NCBI RefSeq assembly: GCF_000018105.1
Contig: NC_009925.1
Location: 1,920,001 to 1,952,000, forward strand
Direction of reading: 5' to 3'
Origin: Acaryochloris marina MBIC11017
GTDB lineage: Bacteria > Cyanobacteriota > Cyanobacteriia > Thermosynechococcales > Thermosynechococcaceae
Length of the DNA stretch: 32,000 nt
The notes under the pieces were generated by a model. The model made no database searches and was not told where the DNA came from. It saw only the letters and a list, made by a program, of their open reading frames with translations. Positions 1 through 8,071 of the stretch are shown here, in pieces. Positions within the stretch are counted from its first letter, which is position 1, and each line of letters starts with the position of its first letter. The position numbers and the translations under genes were made by a program.

Positions 1-231
1 GACACCAAGTCTAGGTGCTGGATATCTGGACGAATAGTGGTGGCAGCATGAGAAGGCGAAGAAACCATAATGCTCTTACTCAAGCAAGACAAGGATTGAT
101 TACCTTTTTAGAATACAATTCCCAGATTTTTCACAAACAGTCAGCAAAATGTTACGTAGCAGTCTGACAGAGAATCCTAGTTGGAAAACAATATCGATAG
201 TCTCAGTCATCGACGAAGGACAGAATCACGT

Positions 232-1134
232 ATGAGTCTAGAACGCAACAATTCCTTGAAAAATAGCGCAACGCTTCCAAAAGTACTTTTACACGTCGGT
301 CGTCATAAGTCTGGTACGTCTGCCATACAAGCTTTTCTAGCGCTCAATGACGAGCTGCTTGCAGAAGAATATGGTGTACTTTATCCGCAAATCGGACGAG
401 ATCCAAAAGGCAACTACCATCACCCTCTATTTCGTCCTTTGGTTGAGAATATGGTGCCTTTGGATCAAGCTAAACTCCACAAGATTCAACAAGAAGCACA
501 GGATCGAAATTGTCACACTATCTTGTTGTCTTCAGAAATGCTAAGTCGGATCAAATTATCGGAAGATCACCTGAAAGGCGTCCGAGATGCATTTCAAGGC
601 CATGAAATACGCGTCATTCTGTACTTTCGCCAACAAGATTCTTTCTTGAGATCAACCTATGCCCATCGGATCAAGATTGGTTTTGTCGCAGCTCCGACAA
701 AAATTCAAGATTTAGATCCAGCAATGGATTACTTTGAATTTGCGAACCGTTACGCATCCATTTTTGGTAAGCATGCTTTAACGATAAGAAGCTATGACGA
801 AGATACAGCTAAAGGCTTATTTGAAAGCTTTCTGTCAATTATGGATATACCCTTATCGGACGCTTTTTCACGCCCAACCTCTCGTGTCAACCAGCGGTTA
901 CCGTGGCGTTATATTGAGTTGATTCGGCACGCAAATCGCTGGCCATGGACCCGCAAGCTGGCCATGCATCGGTATGTCCATCGCACTGCAATCAACCTTT
1001 TGCGTCAATTCCCCGACTTTATGGATAGCCCCGAACCCCTCTCGCCAGAACAAGGTCATCAGATTGTCATAAGCCAACAAACAAGTAATAACCAGCTCGC
1101 CCGTGAATTTCTGAATAGAGAGAGCCTATTTTAA
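232..1134 (+). CDS. Sulfotransferase-fold (P-loop) family protein, function unknown
   Basis: The ORF is 181..1134 (TTG at 181). The first ATG is at 232. The N-terminal 'LLHVGRHKSGTSAIQ' resembles the PAPS-binding loop of bacterial sulfotransferase-fold proteins, followed by 'SSE' and 'YFRQQD' blocks. This rests on motif recall only, so the family call is tentative. Confidence 0.5.
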   Translation: MSLERNNSLKNSATLPKVLLHVGRHKSGTSAIQAFLALNDELLAEEYGVLYPQIGRDPKGNYHHPLFRPLVENMVPLDQAKLHKIQQEAQDRNCHTILLSSEMLSRIKLSEDHLKGVRDAFQGHEIRVILYFRQQDSFLRSTYAHRIKIGFVAAPTKIQDLDPAMDYFEFANRYASIFGKHALTIRSYDEDTAKGLFESFLSIMDIPLSDAFSRPTSRVNQRLPWRYIELIRHANRWPWTRKLAMHRYVHRTAINLLRQFPDFMDSPEPLSPEQGHQIVISQQTSNNQLAREFLNRESLF

Positions 1135-1307
1135 TCAGATACTGCATCACCCAACATAATGCCGTTTCTAAGGCTTTCCTGATATGCCCCAAACAAGCCA
1201 GCCTAGCCTTGAACTAGCTAAACCTCTAAGTCGGGCTCCATAGAAAGGCAATCTGCTTGAATTTACTTGCACGGATTCCTTGGCAACTCATTCCACACAC
1301 TCTTCTA

Positions 1308-1348
1308 CTGCTATGCATTGCAAAGATCAAGTTTGCAATGCATAGCAG
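1308..1348. terminator. Perfect 17-bp inverted repeat with a 7-nt loop between convergent genes; putative bidirectional terminator
   Basis: ctgctatgcattgcaaa (1308-1324), loop gatcaag, tttgcaatgcatagcag (1332-1348). It lies in the 277-bp gap between the 3' ends of the + gene ending at 1134 and the - gene ending at 1412. There is no flanking T-run. Confidence 0.4.
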
Positions 1349-1411
1349 CAAGGACTTGTGAGCAATCCTAATATTGCATCTTTGATTCTGTAATCCTGAA
1401 AAAGGTAACTT

Positions 1412-2311
1412 TTAGATTGCAGCATAGAGCTGATCTGCCAGGGTGACAATCTCTTCCTTCATGGTTAGCCTTTCTAGCCAATAGCGTGGAATACCTTGGA
1501 CTCCGTAGAATGCACCTGCCAATTGACCACAGATTGCAGCCGTAGTATCCGCATCATCTCCAAGATTAGTGGCTTTCAGAACCGCCTGTTCAAAGGTCTC
1601 TGAGGTCCAGAAGCACCATAGAGCAGCCTCTAGACTTTTGACGACATAGCCTGAACCGCGAATCTCCGTGACTGTTTTATGTTTAAATTCTCCCTTAGCG
1701 ATAGCTCGTATCGAAGGAGAAGTTAACCGGTCTAACTGATTTTTTTCAAGGATTTCAGTTTTATTAGCCCCCGATAAAGCGTGAAAAAGCATCTCGCCAA
1801 ACAAGCGACTGGCCTCAACACATTCCGTCGCCCCGTGCGTGGTGCGCGAACTTTCGCCAGAAAAATACACGGTGCGATCGCGATCTGGGTGACAGAACAT
1901 GGGAACCGGGGCTAACCGCATCAAGCAGCCATTTCCAGACGATTTGGGATGTGTAGAACCACTAAACGGGTTCCCCGTCTTCTTGTATTGGTTTAAAGCT
2001 TGTGTGACCGTATTGCCTATATCAAAACAGGTGCCCGTACTGCTGAGATAGCCATTCTCATACCAGTCACAATAGCGATTCATTTGATCCGCCGCATCAA
2101 ACTGTCCCTTTTCAACCAGACTCGTGGCTAGACATAACGCCATAGAGGTATCGTCCGTCCATTGTCCCGGCTCTAGATAAAACGGACCACCGCCCACCAT
2201 ATCGGTGACAGGTGCAAAAGTCCCTCGGGGTTGAAACTCTACAGTGGTACCAACTGCATCGCCAACCGCCAGCCCTAGTAAACACCCCCTAAACCGATCA
2301 GATATATCCAT
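1412..2311 (-). CDS. ADP-ribosylglycohydrolase (ARH/DraG) family protein
   Basis: 299 aa with an ATG start. Family hallmarks are present: N-terminal 'GCLLGLAVGDAVG', 'WTDDTSMAL', and C-terminal 'GDDADTTAAICGQLAGAFYG' (metal-binding Asp/Thr clusters are intact). Confidence 0.9.
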   Translation of the reverse strand: MDISDRFRGCLLGLAVGDAVGTTVEFQPRGTFAPVTDMVGGGPFYLEPGQWTDDTSMALCLATSLVEKGQFDAADQMNRYCDWYENGYLSSTGTCFDIGNTVTQALNQYKKTGNPFSGSTHPKSSGNGCLMRLAPVPMFCHPDRDRTVYFSGESSRTTHGATECVEASRLFGEMLFHALSGANKTEILEKNQLDRLTSPSIRAIAKGEFKHKTVTEIRGSGYVVKSLEAALWCFWTSETFEQAVLKATNLGDDADTTAAICGQLAGAFYGVQGIPRYWLERLTMKEEIVTLADQLYAAI

Positions 2312-2351
2312 ATCTCACCCTCGTCACTCACAGCTGCTGATTCCCTAAACC

Positions 2352-2612
2352 TTACCCACCCCGTAACAGTTGGTCATATTCAGCATGCGTTCCAATCCAG
2401 AACCATAGGATATTCTGATCTTCTTCTATAGCCAAAGCACGGTAATGCAAGCCAATCCGAACGGACCAGAACGGTCCTACTTTTTTGAAATGCAGGGATG
2501 GATACCGAGAATCTTGTTTGAGCAGCTCATAACTCCGATCAGCTAAATTTTGAATTTCATCAGGTAGGCGTCGATAGTGATACCAGAAATCAGGGGTCGC
2601 ACAATGTCTCAC
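2352..2612 (-). CDS. Type II toxin-antitoxin system toxin, ParE/RelE superfamily
   Basis: 86 aa with a GTG start. The start overlaps the upstream antitoxin stop in the tetranucleotide GTGA. The size and pattern '..YELLKQD.RYPSLHFKKVG.FWSVRIG..YRALA....ILWFWIGTHAEYD' are typical of ParE-like/RelE-like toxins. Confidence 0.75.
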   Translation of the reverse strand: MRHCATPDFWYHYRRLPDEIQNLADRSYELLKQDSRYPSLHFKKVGPFWSVRIGLHYRALAIEEDQNILWFWIGTHAEYDQLLRGG

Positions 2613-2809
2613 AGATCAGTGCAATTCCCGTCTTTAAGCTGCTGGCGTGCTCGCTCTGCTAGTTTATTAAGTCGGCCTGCAGCAACGTCTTCTTCAAATT
2701 GCTGATCCCATCTTTTCGCATCGAACTCTGCAAACCAGACCCGAAAGGCAGTGAGGTCGTCTGCAGATAATTGACTCACGGCAGTTTCAATTTCTTTAAG
2801 ATTGCCCAT
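2609..2809 (-). CDS. Type II antitoxin partner of the ParE/RelE-like toxin
   Basis: An internal ATG at 2809 in the 113-aa ORF gives 66 aa: 'MGNLKEIETAVSQLSADDLTAFRVWFAEFDAKRWDQQFEEDVAAGRL..'. This is a small, acidic, helical protein with a 4-nt overlap onto the toxin start. The longer form starting at 2950 looks spurious. Confidence 0.65.
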   Translation of the reverse strand: MGNLKEIETAVSQLSADDLTAFRVWFAEFDAKRWDQQFEEDVAAGRLNKLAERARQQLKDGNCTDL

Positions 2810-2962
2810 AATGCTCAAAACAGCAGAATTCAGGTATATCCCTCCCATCATACCCTTCCTATAATTTAGCCATCCCAGCCCCTGAGGCCAAAAGCAGCCA
2901 TGAGTGAGTGCAATGCAGTATTTCTCTCCCTGTCGCTGGGCCCAAGACATAGTGGCTGAACC

Positions 2963-2991
2963 TTTAACCCTCTTTTATCACTTTAGACAGA
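2963..2991. repeat. Terminal inverted repeat of the IS (left in window coordinates)
   Basis: tttaaccctcttttatcactttagacaga is the exact reverse complement of 4336-4364. Confidence 0.9.
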
Positions 2992-4293
2992 GAGAAAATC
3001 AGGATGCTTGAGCAATTTCCTCACCAGTGGACAGCAAAATGCCTCCATCTTTGATGTGAGTTGCTCAAACCCCTTTTTCAAAGCACGGCTGGGAAAGACT
3101 TCTAACCAGCGCTTTAGAAGATTCCAACTGATTAACGGTTGAATGATCAAGCGCACATTATTGAGCAGATTCTTCCACCCGTTTTGGTTATCCCACCAAG
3201 GATGCTGCGCAAAGTGTTGATGTGCCACTGGACAAGAGTCATTGAAGACATCAGCGAACAAACTCACCATCAAGAAAGCGCTCATCACTATCTCCCACCA
3301 CTTTTCAATTTGTTCGTAGTGCGTCATGCGAAAATCAGCCCAACCCAAGGTATCTTTAGACTGTTTGAGACCATACTCAATCCAAGTTCTGAAGCCATAG
3401 CAATCCCCAATTTCATCCAGCTTGATCTCGGGTGCCGCTGCCATGACATAAGAGGTTGAGTTCTCTGGTAGCGTTTGGGGGTCCGTGGTTAATAGCCAAT
3501 AGCGCTTCTGGTGGTGTCGCTGGCCATAAATGATCTCTTGCCTGTAACGAGTTTCAGTGGTGCCATTGCTGAAGGTTCGTTCAAATGACTGCCACGGTTC
3601 GGCAAAGACTGCTTGTTCTGCGGGTAACCACACCGCATGATTGCTACGAATCGCTAGGATATAGGGCAGCTTTAACTCCTCTAAGACATTCACAAAGTTT
3701 GTTTGAGCTTCCCCATACAAGCTGTCAGCCAGGACGAGCTCAAAGCAAAAGCCCATCCCTTGCAACTGTCGGATCATTCCAGCAGCAATTTGGGGTTTGC
3801 TGAGATACTCATCCTCCTCTTTAAGACGTTCTCGGGGTTTGTACACTTCAAAGGACAAAGGCAAAATCATCCCTTGAAACAGCCCGTAGGCAGTGACTGC
3901 GACGATGCCATTCTCTTTCTTGCCCACATTGCCGATATACTGCCGTTTCACATAGTCGGTACTCTTGCCTTTTTTGCAATCGCCCGTCTCATCGATCAAT
4001 AGAATTAACCTGCGCCCATCCAGTATTTTCAAGATGATGTCCAATCTCTTGTCAGACAAATGTGACGCTACCCAAGGTGATTCACTCAGAAAATGATGCA
4101 GGCTTTGATGGTTCTCCAAGCCCACTGCTCTTGCAATGGCGGGCAATGATTTACGTTTGATATCACTAATCATCCCCAGATGGAGATGCTTGAAGGCTTC
4201 ATAACTGCGGACTTGGGGAAATAACTCTGCAAATAGTTGGCAGTACTCATCAACAAAGCCAATGGTTGGTTCTGGACTTCTTGAAGCTGACAT
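2983..4293 (-). CDS. IS701-family DDE transposase
   Basis: The ORF is 437 aa from GTG at 4296, with an ATG one codon later at 4293. 'LLIDETGDCKKGKSTDYVKRQYIGNVGKKENGIVAVTAYG' matches the IS701-type DDE N-terminal catalytic block. A later 'LADSLYGE' supplies the second Asp. The frame is uninterrupted. Confidence 0.85.
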   Translation of the reverse strand: MSASRSPEPTIGFVDEYCQLFAELFPQVRSYEAFKHLHLGMISDIKRKSLPAIARAVGLENHQSLHHFLSESPWVASHLSDKRLDIILKILDGRRLILLIDETGDCKKGKSTDYVKRQYIGNVGKKENGIVAVTAYGLFQGMILPLSFEVYKPRERLKEEDEYLSKPQIAAGMIRQLQGMGFCFELVLADSLYGEAQTNFVNVLEELKLPYILAIRSNHAVWLPAEQAVFAEPWQSFERTFSNGTTETRYRQEIIYGQRHHQKRYWLLTTDPQTLPENSTSYVMAAAPEIKLDEIGDCYGFRTWIEYGLKQSKDTLGWADFRMTHYEQIEKWWEIVMSAFLMVSLFADVFNDSCPVAHQHFAQHPWWDNQNGWKNLLNNVRLIIQPLISWNLLKRWLEVFPSRALKKGFEQLTSKMEAFCCPLVRKLLKHPDFLSV

Positions 4294-4335
4294 CACTCAT
4301 TAGAAAAATAGAAACTGAGAATAGTCTATTTTTTA

Positions 4336-4364
4336 TCTGTCTAAAGTGATAAAAGAGGGTTAAA
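4336..4364. repeat. Terminal inverted repeat of the IS (right in window coordinates)
   Basis: tctgtctaaagtgataaaagagggttaaa is the exact reverse complement of 2963-2991. Confidence 0.9.
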
Positions 4365-4426
4365 TCTGCAAACAACCTAATCTTGTTTCAGAGCTGGAGA
4401 ATCTCTGCTAACATAAATACGCTTTA

Positions 4427-4500
4427 GGGCTTGTAGCTCAGTGGACTAGAGCACGTGGCTTCGGACCACGGTGTCGGGGGTTCGAATCCCTCCTGGCCCG
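4427..4500 (+). tRNA. tRNA-Arg, anticodon read as TCG (UCG); CCA not encoded
   Basis: Hand-folded cloverleaf. Acceptor GGGCTTG/CTGGCCC has one U6-U67 mismatch and one G-U pair. D arm is GCTC/GAGC with A20. Anticodon stem is CGTGG/CCACG with loop CTTCGGA. Variable loop is GTGTC. T arm is GGGGG-TTCGAAT-CCCTC. The discriminator is G73, followed by TTTTTT. Confidence 0.8.
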
Positions 4501-4564
4501 TTTTTTAATTAACTCAAGTGTTATCGCTTGGGTGCATTGTCGTTTCTATCGTTGTCCTCACAGT

Positions 4565-5209
4565 ATGGGTGTTCGAGTTCGTCAGCACGTTAACCCCCTG
4601 AGCAAAAAATTCCAACATGCGATCGCACCCCCGGATTGGCCTGAAATCTTCGCCCAACCAGAGCAGCCCCTTTACTTAGATATTGGCTGTGCCCGTGGGC
4701 AGTTTTTACTAGAGATGGCTCAACTGCACCCTTACCATAATTTCTTAGGCGTCGAAATTCGGCGGCCCATGGTTGAATCTGCCCTGAAGCGCCGTGATGC
4801 CTTACAGCTCACCAATCTCCATTTTCTGTTCGGCAACATCAATACGTCCCTCGATTCCCTGGTGGGTGCTCAATCGGTTACGGGTGTGACGATCCAATTT
4901 CCTGACCCTTGGTTTAAGCGTCGCCATCAAAAACGGCGCGTCGTCCAACCCCAGTTAGTGAATGAACTCGCCATTTGCCTTAAGCCAGAAGGGTTATTGC
5001 TGATCCAGTCGGATGTATTGGAGGTGGCGATTGATATGTGCGATCGCATCACCGAACATCCTGCCTTTACAGGCACAACGCCGCCCCACCATTGGCTCAC
5101 AGAAAGCCCGTTTCCCGCTGCAACTGAGCGGGAAAAGTTGACCTTATCAGAAGGGTTGCCGGTGTACCGTTATTTATTTCAACGGCGAGTCGAGCCAAAG
5201 TCTAAATAA
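4565..5209 (+). CDS. trmB: tRNA (guanine46-N7)-methyltransferase
   Basis: '[11 protein letters not shown]', the SAM-binding '[10 protein letters not shown]' and '[14 protein letters not shown]' are TrmB signatures. An alternative GTG start lies at 4532. The 3' end overlaps glgC by 8 bp (convergent). Confidence 0.9.
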   Translation: MGVRVRQHVNPLSKKFQHAIAPPDWPEIFAQPEQPLYLDIGCARGQFLLEMAQLHPYHNFLGVEIRRPMVESALKRRDALQLTNLHFLFGNINTSLDSLVGAQSVTGVTIQFPDPWFKRRHQKRRVVQPQLVNELAICLKPEGLLLIQSDVLEVAIDMCDRITEHPAFTGTTPPHHWLTESPFPAATEREKLTLSEGLPVYRYLFQRRVEPKSK

Positions 5210-6497
5210 TCGTGTTATCGGGAATCTCAGCATTTTTCAGCACCACAACAATACCGCTGCGGATGTAAAAGCCATGCTCTTCTTGGTTGGATTCCTCAAC
5301 ATTGTCTTTATTAACAATCTTGACGTTGCGGCCAATCCGGGCATTTTTATCAATAATGGCGCGACTAATCTTTGTATTCTCACCAATGCCGATGGGGATA
5401 CTCGTATCGCCCATGCCTGAGGCCCGCTCCGCAAAGGGCTGATAATAGTCAGCCCCCATCACCAAAGCATTATCTAGGGTGCAGCCAGATTCAACCCGCG
5501 ATCGCACGCCCAATACCGAGCGATTAATCTGGCAATTTTTGATAATGCAGCCTTCCGCAATCATCGATTCCGTCACATGGCAATCGAGCTGCTTGGTAGG
5601 AGGCAAGTAGCGAGAGCGGGTATAAATAGGCGATTTTTCGTCATAAAAACTAAAGGGAGGCTGAGGCTGGCGGGTTAACGCTAAGTTCGCTTCATAAAAC
5701 GCTTCAATTGTCCCAATATCTTCCCAATAATCATTGAAAAGATAGGCTTGGACATTATAGTCCTTCGCTGAACTAGGGATAATCTCCTTACCGAAGTCGG
5801 TGGAATCTGGGGAATTCTTGAGCAGATCGATCAAGACATCTTTCTTAAAGACATAGATGCCCATCGAGGCAATAAACGGCTTCTCTTGGGCTTCTTCTGG
5901 AGTCAGTCCGAGGGTGGTGGTATCCACCTTCATCCGCTCCAGTTCTTCGCCTTGGGGCTTCTCACTAAAATCAACCACACGCCCCGACGACTCATCAATT
6001 TTCATCAAGCCAAACGCAGGGGCACGATAGGCATCAATGGGTAGTACAGACAGGGTAATATCTGCATTCGTACTCCGATGGCGCTCAATAAAGACGCTGT
6101 AATCCATGCGGTACAGATGATCCCCGGACAAAATCAGGATTTCATCCACATCTCGCTGTTCAGCGAACATCCACATATATTGGCGAACCGCATCTGCTGT
6201 GCCCTGGAACCAATTGGGATTTTCAGGGGTTTGTTGAGCAGCCAGCACCTCAGCAAAACCATCGCTAAAGCTGGAGAAATGATAGGTTTGGGAAATGTGG
6301 CGATTCAAAGACGCAGAGTTAAACTGCGTCATCACATAAATTTTGTTGATTTCCGAATTGATACAGTTACTCATCGGAATATCAATGAGGCGATACTTAC
6401 CTGCTAAAGACACCGCAGGCTTTGCACGCTGCTTGGTAAGAGGATATAGGCGTGTACCAGCACCACCACCCAAAACAATTGCTAGAACTCTATTCAT
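5202..6497 (-). CDS. glgC: Glucose-1-phosphate adenylyltransferase (ADP-glucose pyrophosphorylase)
   Basis: 431 aa. The N-terminal '[40 protein letters not shown]' and the C-terminal left-handed beta-helix region are typical of cyanobacterial GlgC. Confidence 0.95.
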   Translation of the reverse strand: MNRVLAIVLGGGAGTRLYPLTKQRAKPAVSLAGKYRLIDIPMSNCINSEINKIYVMTQFNSASLNRHISQTYHFSSFSDGFAEVLAAQQTPENPNWFQGTADAVRQYMWMFAEQRDVDEILILSGDHLYRMDYSVFIERHRSTNADITLSVLPIDAYRAPAFGLMKIDESSGRVVDFSEKPQGEELERMKVDTTTLGLTPEEAQEKPFIASMGIYVFKKDVLIDLLKNSPDSTDFGKEIIPSSAKDYNVQAYLFNDYWEDIGTIEAFYEANLALTRQPQPPFSFYDEKSPIYTRSRYLPPTKQLDCHVTESMIAEGCIIKNCQINRSVLGVRSRVESGCTLDNALVMGADYYQPFAERASGMGDTSIPIGIGENTKISRAIIDKNARIGRNVKIVNKDNVEESNQEEHGFYIRSGIVVVLKNAEIPDNTII

Positions 6498-6585
6498 ACT
6501 TTAAATGACACCTTCACTGCCTATCGCCTCCACACTCCAGTGTCGGACGGTCCGTTACAGTTGACAAGGGCAAATTAGTTAAGAG

Positions 6586-7986
6586 CTATGGTTCGATCGC
6601 GTTCAAATCTTCCAGGGCTGTCTGAATAGATTGAGTCAATTCATCCACGGCTTTCTTGGCTCCCTTGCGGTTGGCACTATAGGTGGGCCACAGGTCCGTC
6701 ACTGATATGGGATCGCTAATGGTCAGCTTCAAGGATTGGGCACCGAGCTGTGGTGGTGAATGGGAATCGCCTCCCTGCATGAAGGTCATGATTTTCCACA
6801 TAATCAGCACAATCTCGGCAAATCGATCCCCCGTCGGTTTCTCCAAAATATAGTTACCACTCACCATTGTGAGTCGCTCAACCATGCGCATATGTCCGAT
6901 GCGGAGGCTTGCCTCTTGGGCTAACCAATCCGCCATGCCATGCTCCAAGGGGGTTAGCTGCTCCAAGTCTTGCCGATAGATGCGATCAAAACTCGCCTGT
7001 TCGAGACGTCGACAGCGATCCACGATCTCCCCTTTGGCCGTGATGCCGAAATAAGATTCAGCAGCCTGCAGGGCAATATCTAATTGTTGCTTGAGTTGAA
7101 AGGCCAGTTTGGCATTGCGATCAGGCGGATCATAGGGCAATGGGTCCACCACGGGCCGAGGCAGATGATAGTACTTGCTATAAAACCGATCCATTTCAGC
7201 CAACAAGCACTCACCCAAGCGCAGAACTCGACCATATAAAGCATCTTTTTCAGGATCCTCAAGTAGGCCGGAGGGTGTCACTTCGGCAGTCAACTCCATT
7301 TGAGCTTCTAGCTGCCCAAGTAAATCCTTGATCGCTTTCCAAGGCGGAGAAACATACCGATACCGAATCCGTAACGGCACAATATAAACCGATTCCGACC
7401 GGTTTGCTTTTAGTAGATCTTCGATACACCAAAAGCCCATTTGGGCGACCCCTGGCTCTAGCGGACTCACCAACTCATTATGTTCGTTGGTACCTCCTTC
7501 TGGAGCGATGGCAATGGGATAAGGACTATTGGCAAAGATGTCCCGGGCTGCTCGCAAGCCTACCCGATCGGCTTTCCCCCTCAGAATCGGCGTCCCTCCC
7601 AATCTCGGGAATAACCAAGACACAAATTCCCCTGCCCACAAAGGAATACCACGGTCATACATAAAGTGGCTGTAGGTGGGTCTTTTAAACCGAATACCCG
7701 ATTTGCGCGCTTCCTTGGGGACGAGCCGCCACAGCATATAAGACATGGCAAAGGGATCTTTGGTACTCGGATGCCGGAAGGCCATCAAGAACCGAGTATT
7801 ACCGGCTTGGAATTCCTGGTACAGCTTGACTAAAACCTCTAAGTTTTCGGCCTCGACAGACGTCACAGAGAGTTTCCAGGGCATCCAGACTGGTAACAAA
7901 AATCGGACAGTTTCGATCACCCAAGGCGTGAGACGTTGCGGAATAAATGCTAAAGGCGGTTGAGCTTTAGAAACGAACTTGGGCAA
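6586..7986 (-). CDS. PlsC-type acyltransferase family protein (glycerol-phosphate/lysophospholipid acyltransferase-like)
   Basis: 466 aa. It has an HX4D motif 'FRHPSTKDP' and an 'IAPEGGT' block. The only in-frame start for the full N-terminus is TTG at 7986. Substrate is not determinable. Confidence 0.7.
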   Translation of the reverse strand: MPKFVSKAQPPLAFIPQRLTPWVIETVRFLLPVWMPWKLSVTSVEAENLEVLVKLYQEFQAGNTRFLMAFRHPSTKDPFAMSYMLWRLVPKEARKSGIRFKRPTYSHFMYDRGIPLWAGEFVSWLFPRLGGTPILRGKADRVGLRAARDIFANSPYPIAIAPEGGTNEHNELVSPLEPGVAQMGFWCIEDLLKANRSESVYIVPLRIRYRYVSPPWKAIKDLLGQLEAQMELTAEVTPSGLLEDPEKDALYGRVLRLGECLLAEMDRFYSKYYHLPRPVVDPLPYDPPDRNAKLAFQLKQQLDIALQAAESYFGITAKGEIVDRCRRLEQASFDRIYRQDLEQLTPLEHGMADWLAQEASLRIGHMRMVERLTMVSGNYILEKPTGDRFAEIVLIMWKIMTFMQGGDSHSPPQLGAQSLKLTISDPISVTDLWPTYSANRKGAKKAVDELTQSIQTALEDLNAIEP

Positions 7987-8071
7987 GGATAGCAGCTCCC
8001 TATTCAGGTTTAGTTGATCACGCTACCCTAAGAGAATAGCTTGTTTATATTGGACGACAAGACTGAACTGT

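Larger units (their letters stand above)
2963..4364 (-). mobile_element. Intact IS701-family (IS4 superfamily) insertion sequence, about 1.4 kb
   Basis: A single DDE transposase ORF is flanked by 29-bp perfect terminal inverted repeats (2963-2991 and 4336-4364). The outermost TTAA on each side is palindromic. It could therefore be the end of the IR or a 4-bp target-site duplication; in that case the element proper is 2968-4359. Confidence 0.85.

Noticed and set aside
1-68. Possible 5' end of a minus-strand gene (ATG at 68, reading MVSSPSHAATTIRPDIQHLDLV... off the left edge)
   Set aside because: Only 22 codons are visible. There is no recognisable motif or ribosome-binding site, so it cannot be told apart from a chance open frame.
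2810-2950. N-terminal 47-residue extension of the 113-aa ORF (antitoxin)
   Set aside because: The extension (MSWAQRQGEKYCIALTHGCFWPQGLGW...) is Trp/Gly/Cys-rich and unlike antitoxin N-termini. The antitoxin-like sequence begins exactly at the internal ATG at 2809. The longer frame would start 13 bp from the IS end.
3139-4002. Plus-strand ORFs of 72-106 aa inside the transposase gene
   Set aside because: They are antisense shadow frames of a well-supported DDE transposase CDS, with no independent signals.
1-4500. Classical tRNA-linked genomic island
   Set aside because: The accessory genes lie on the 5' side of the tRNA. There is no integrase, and I saw no direct repeat of the tRNA 3' end. 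The evidence supports only an IS insertion near a tRNA.
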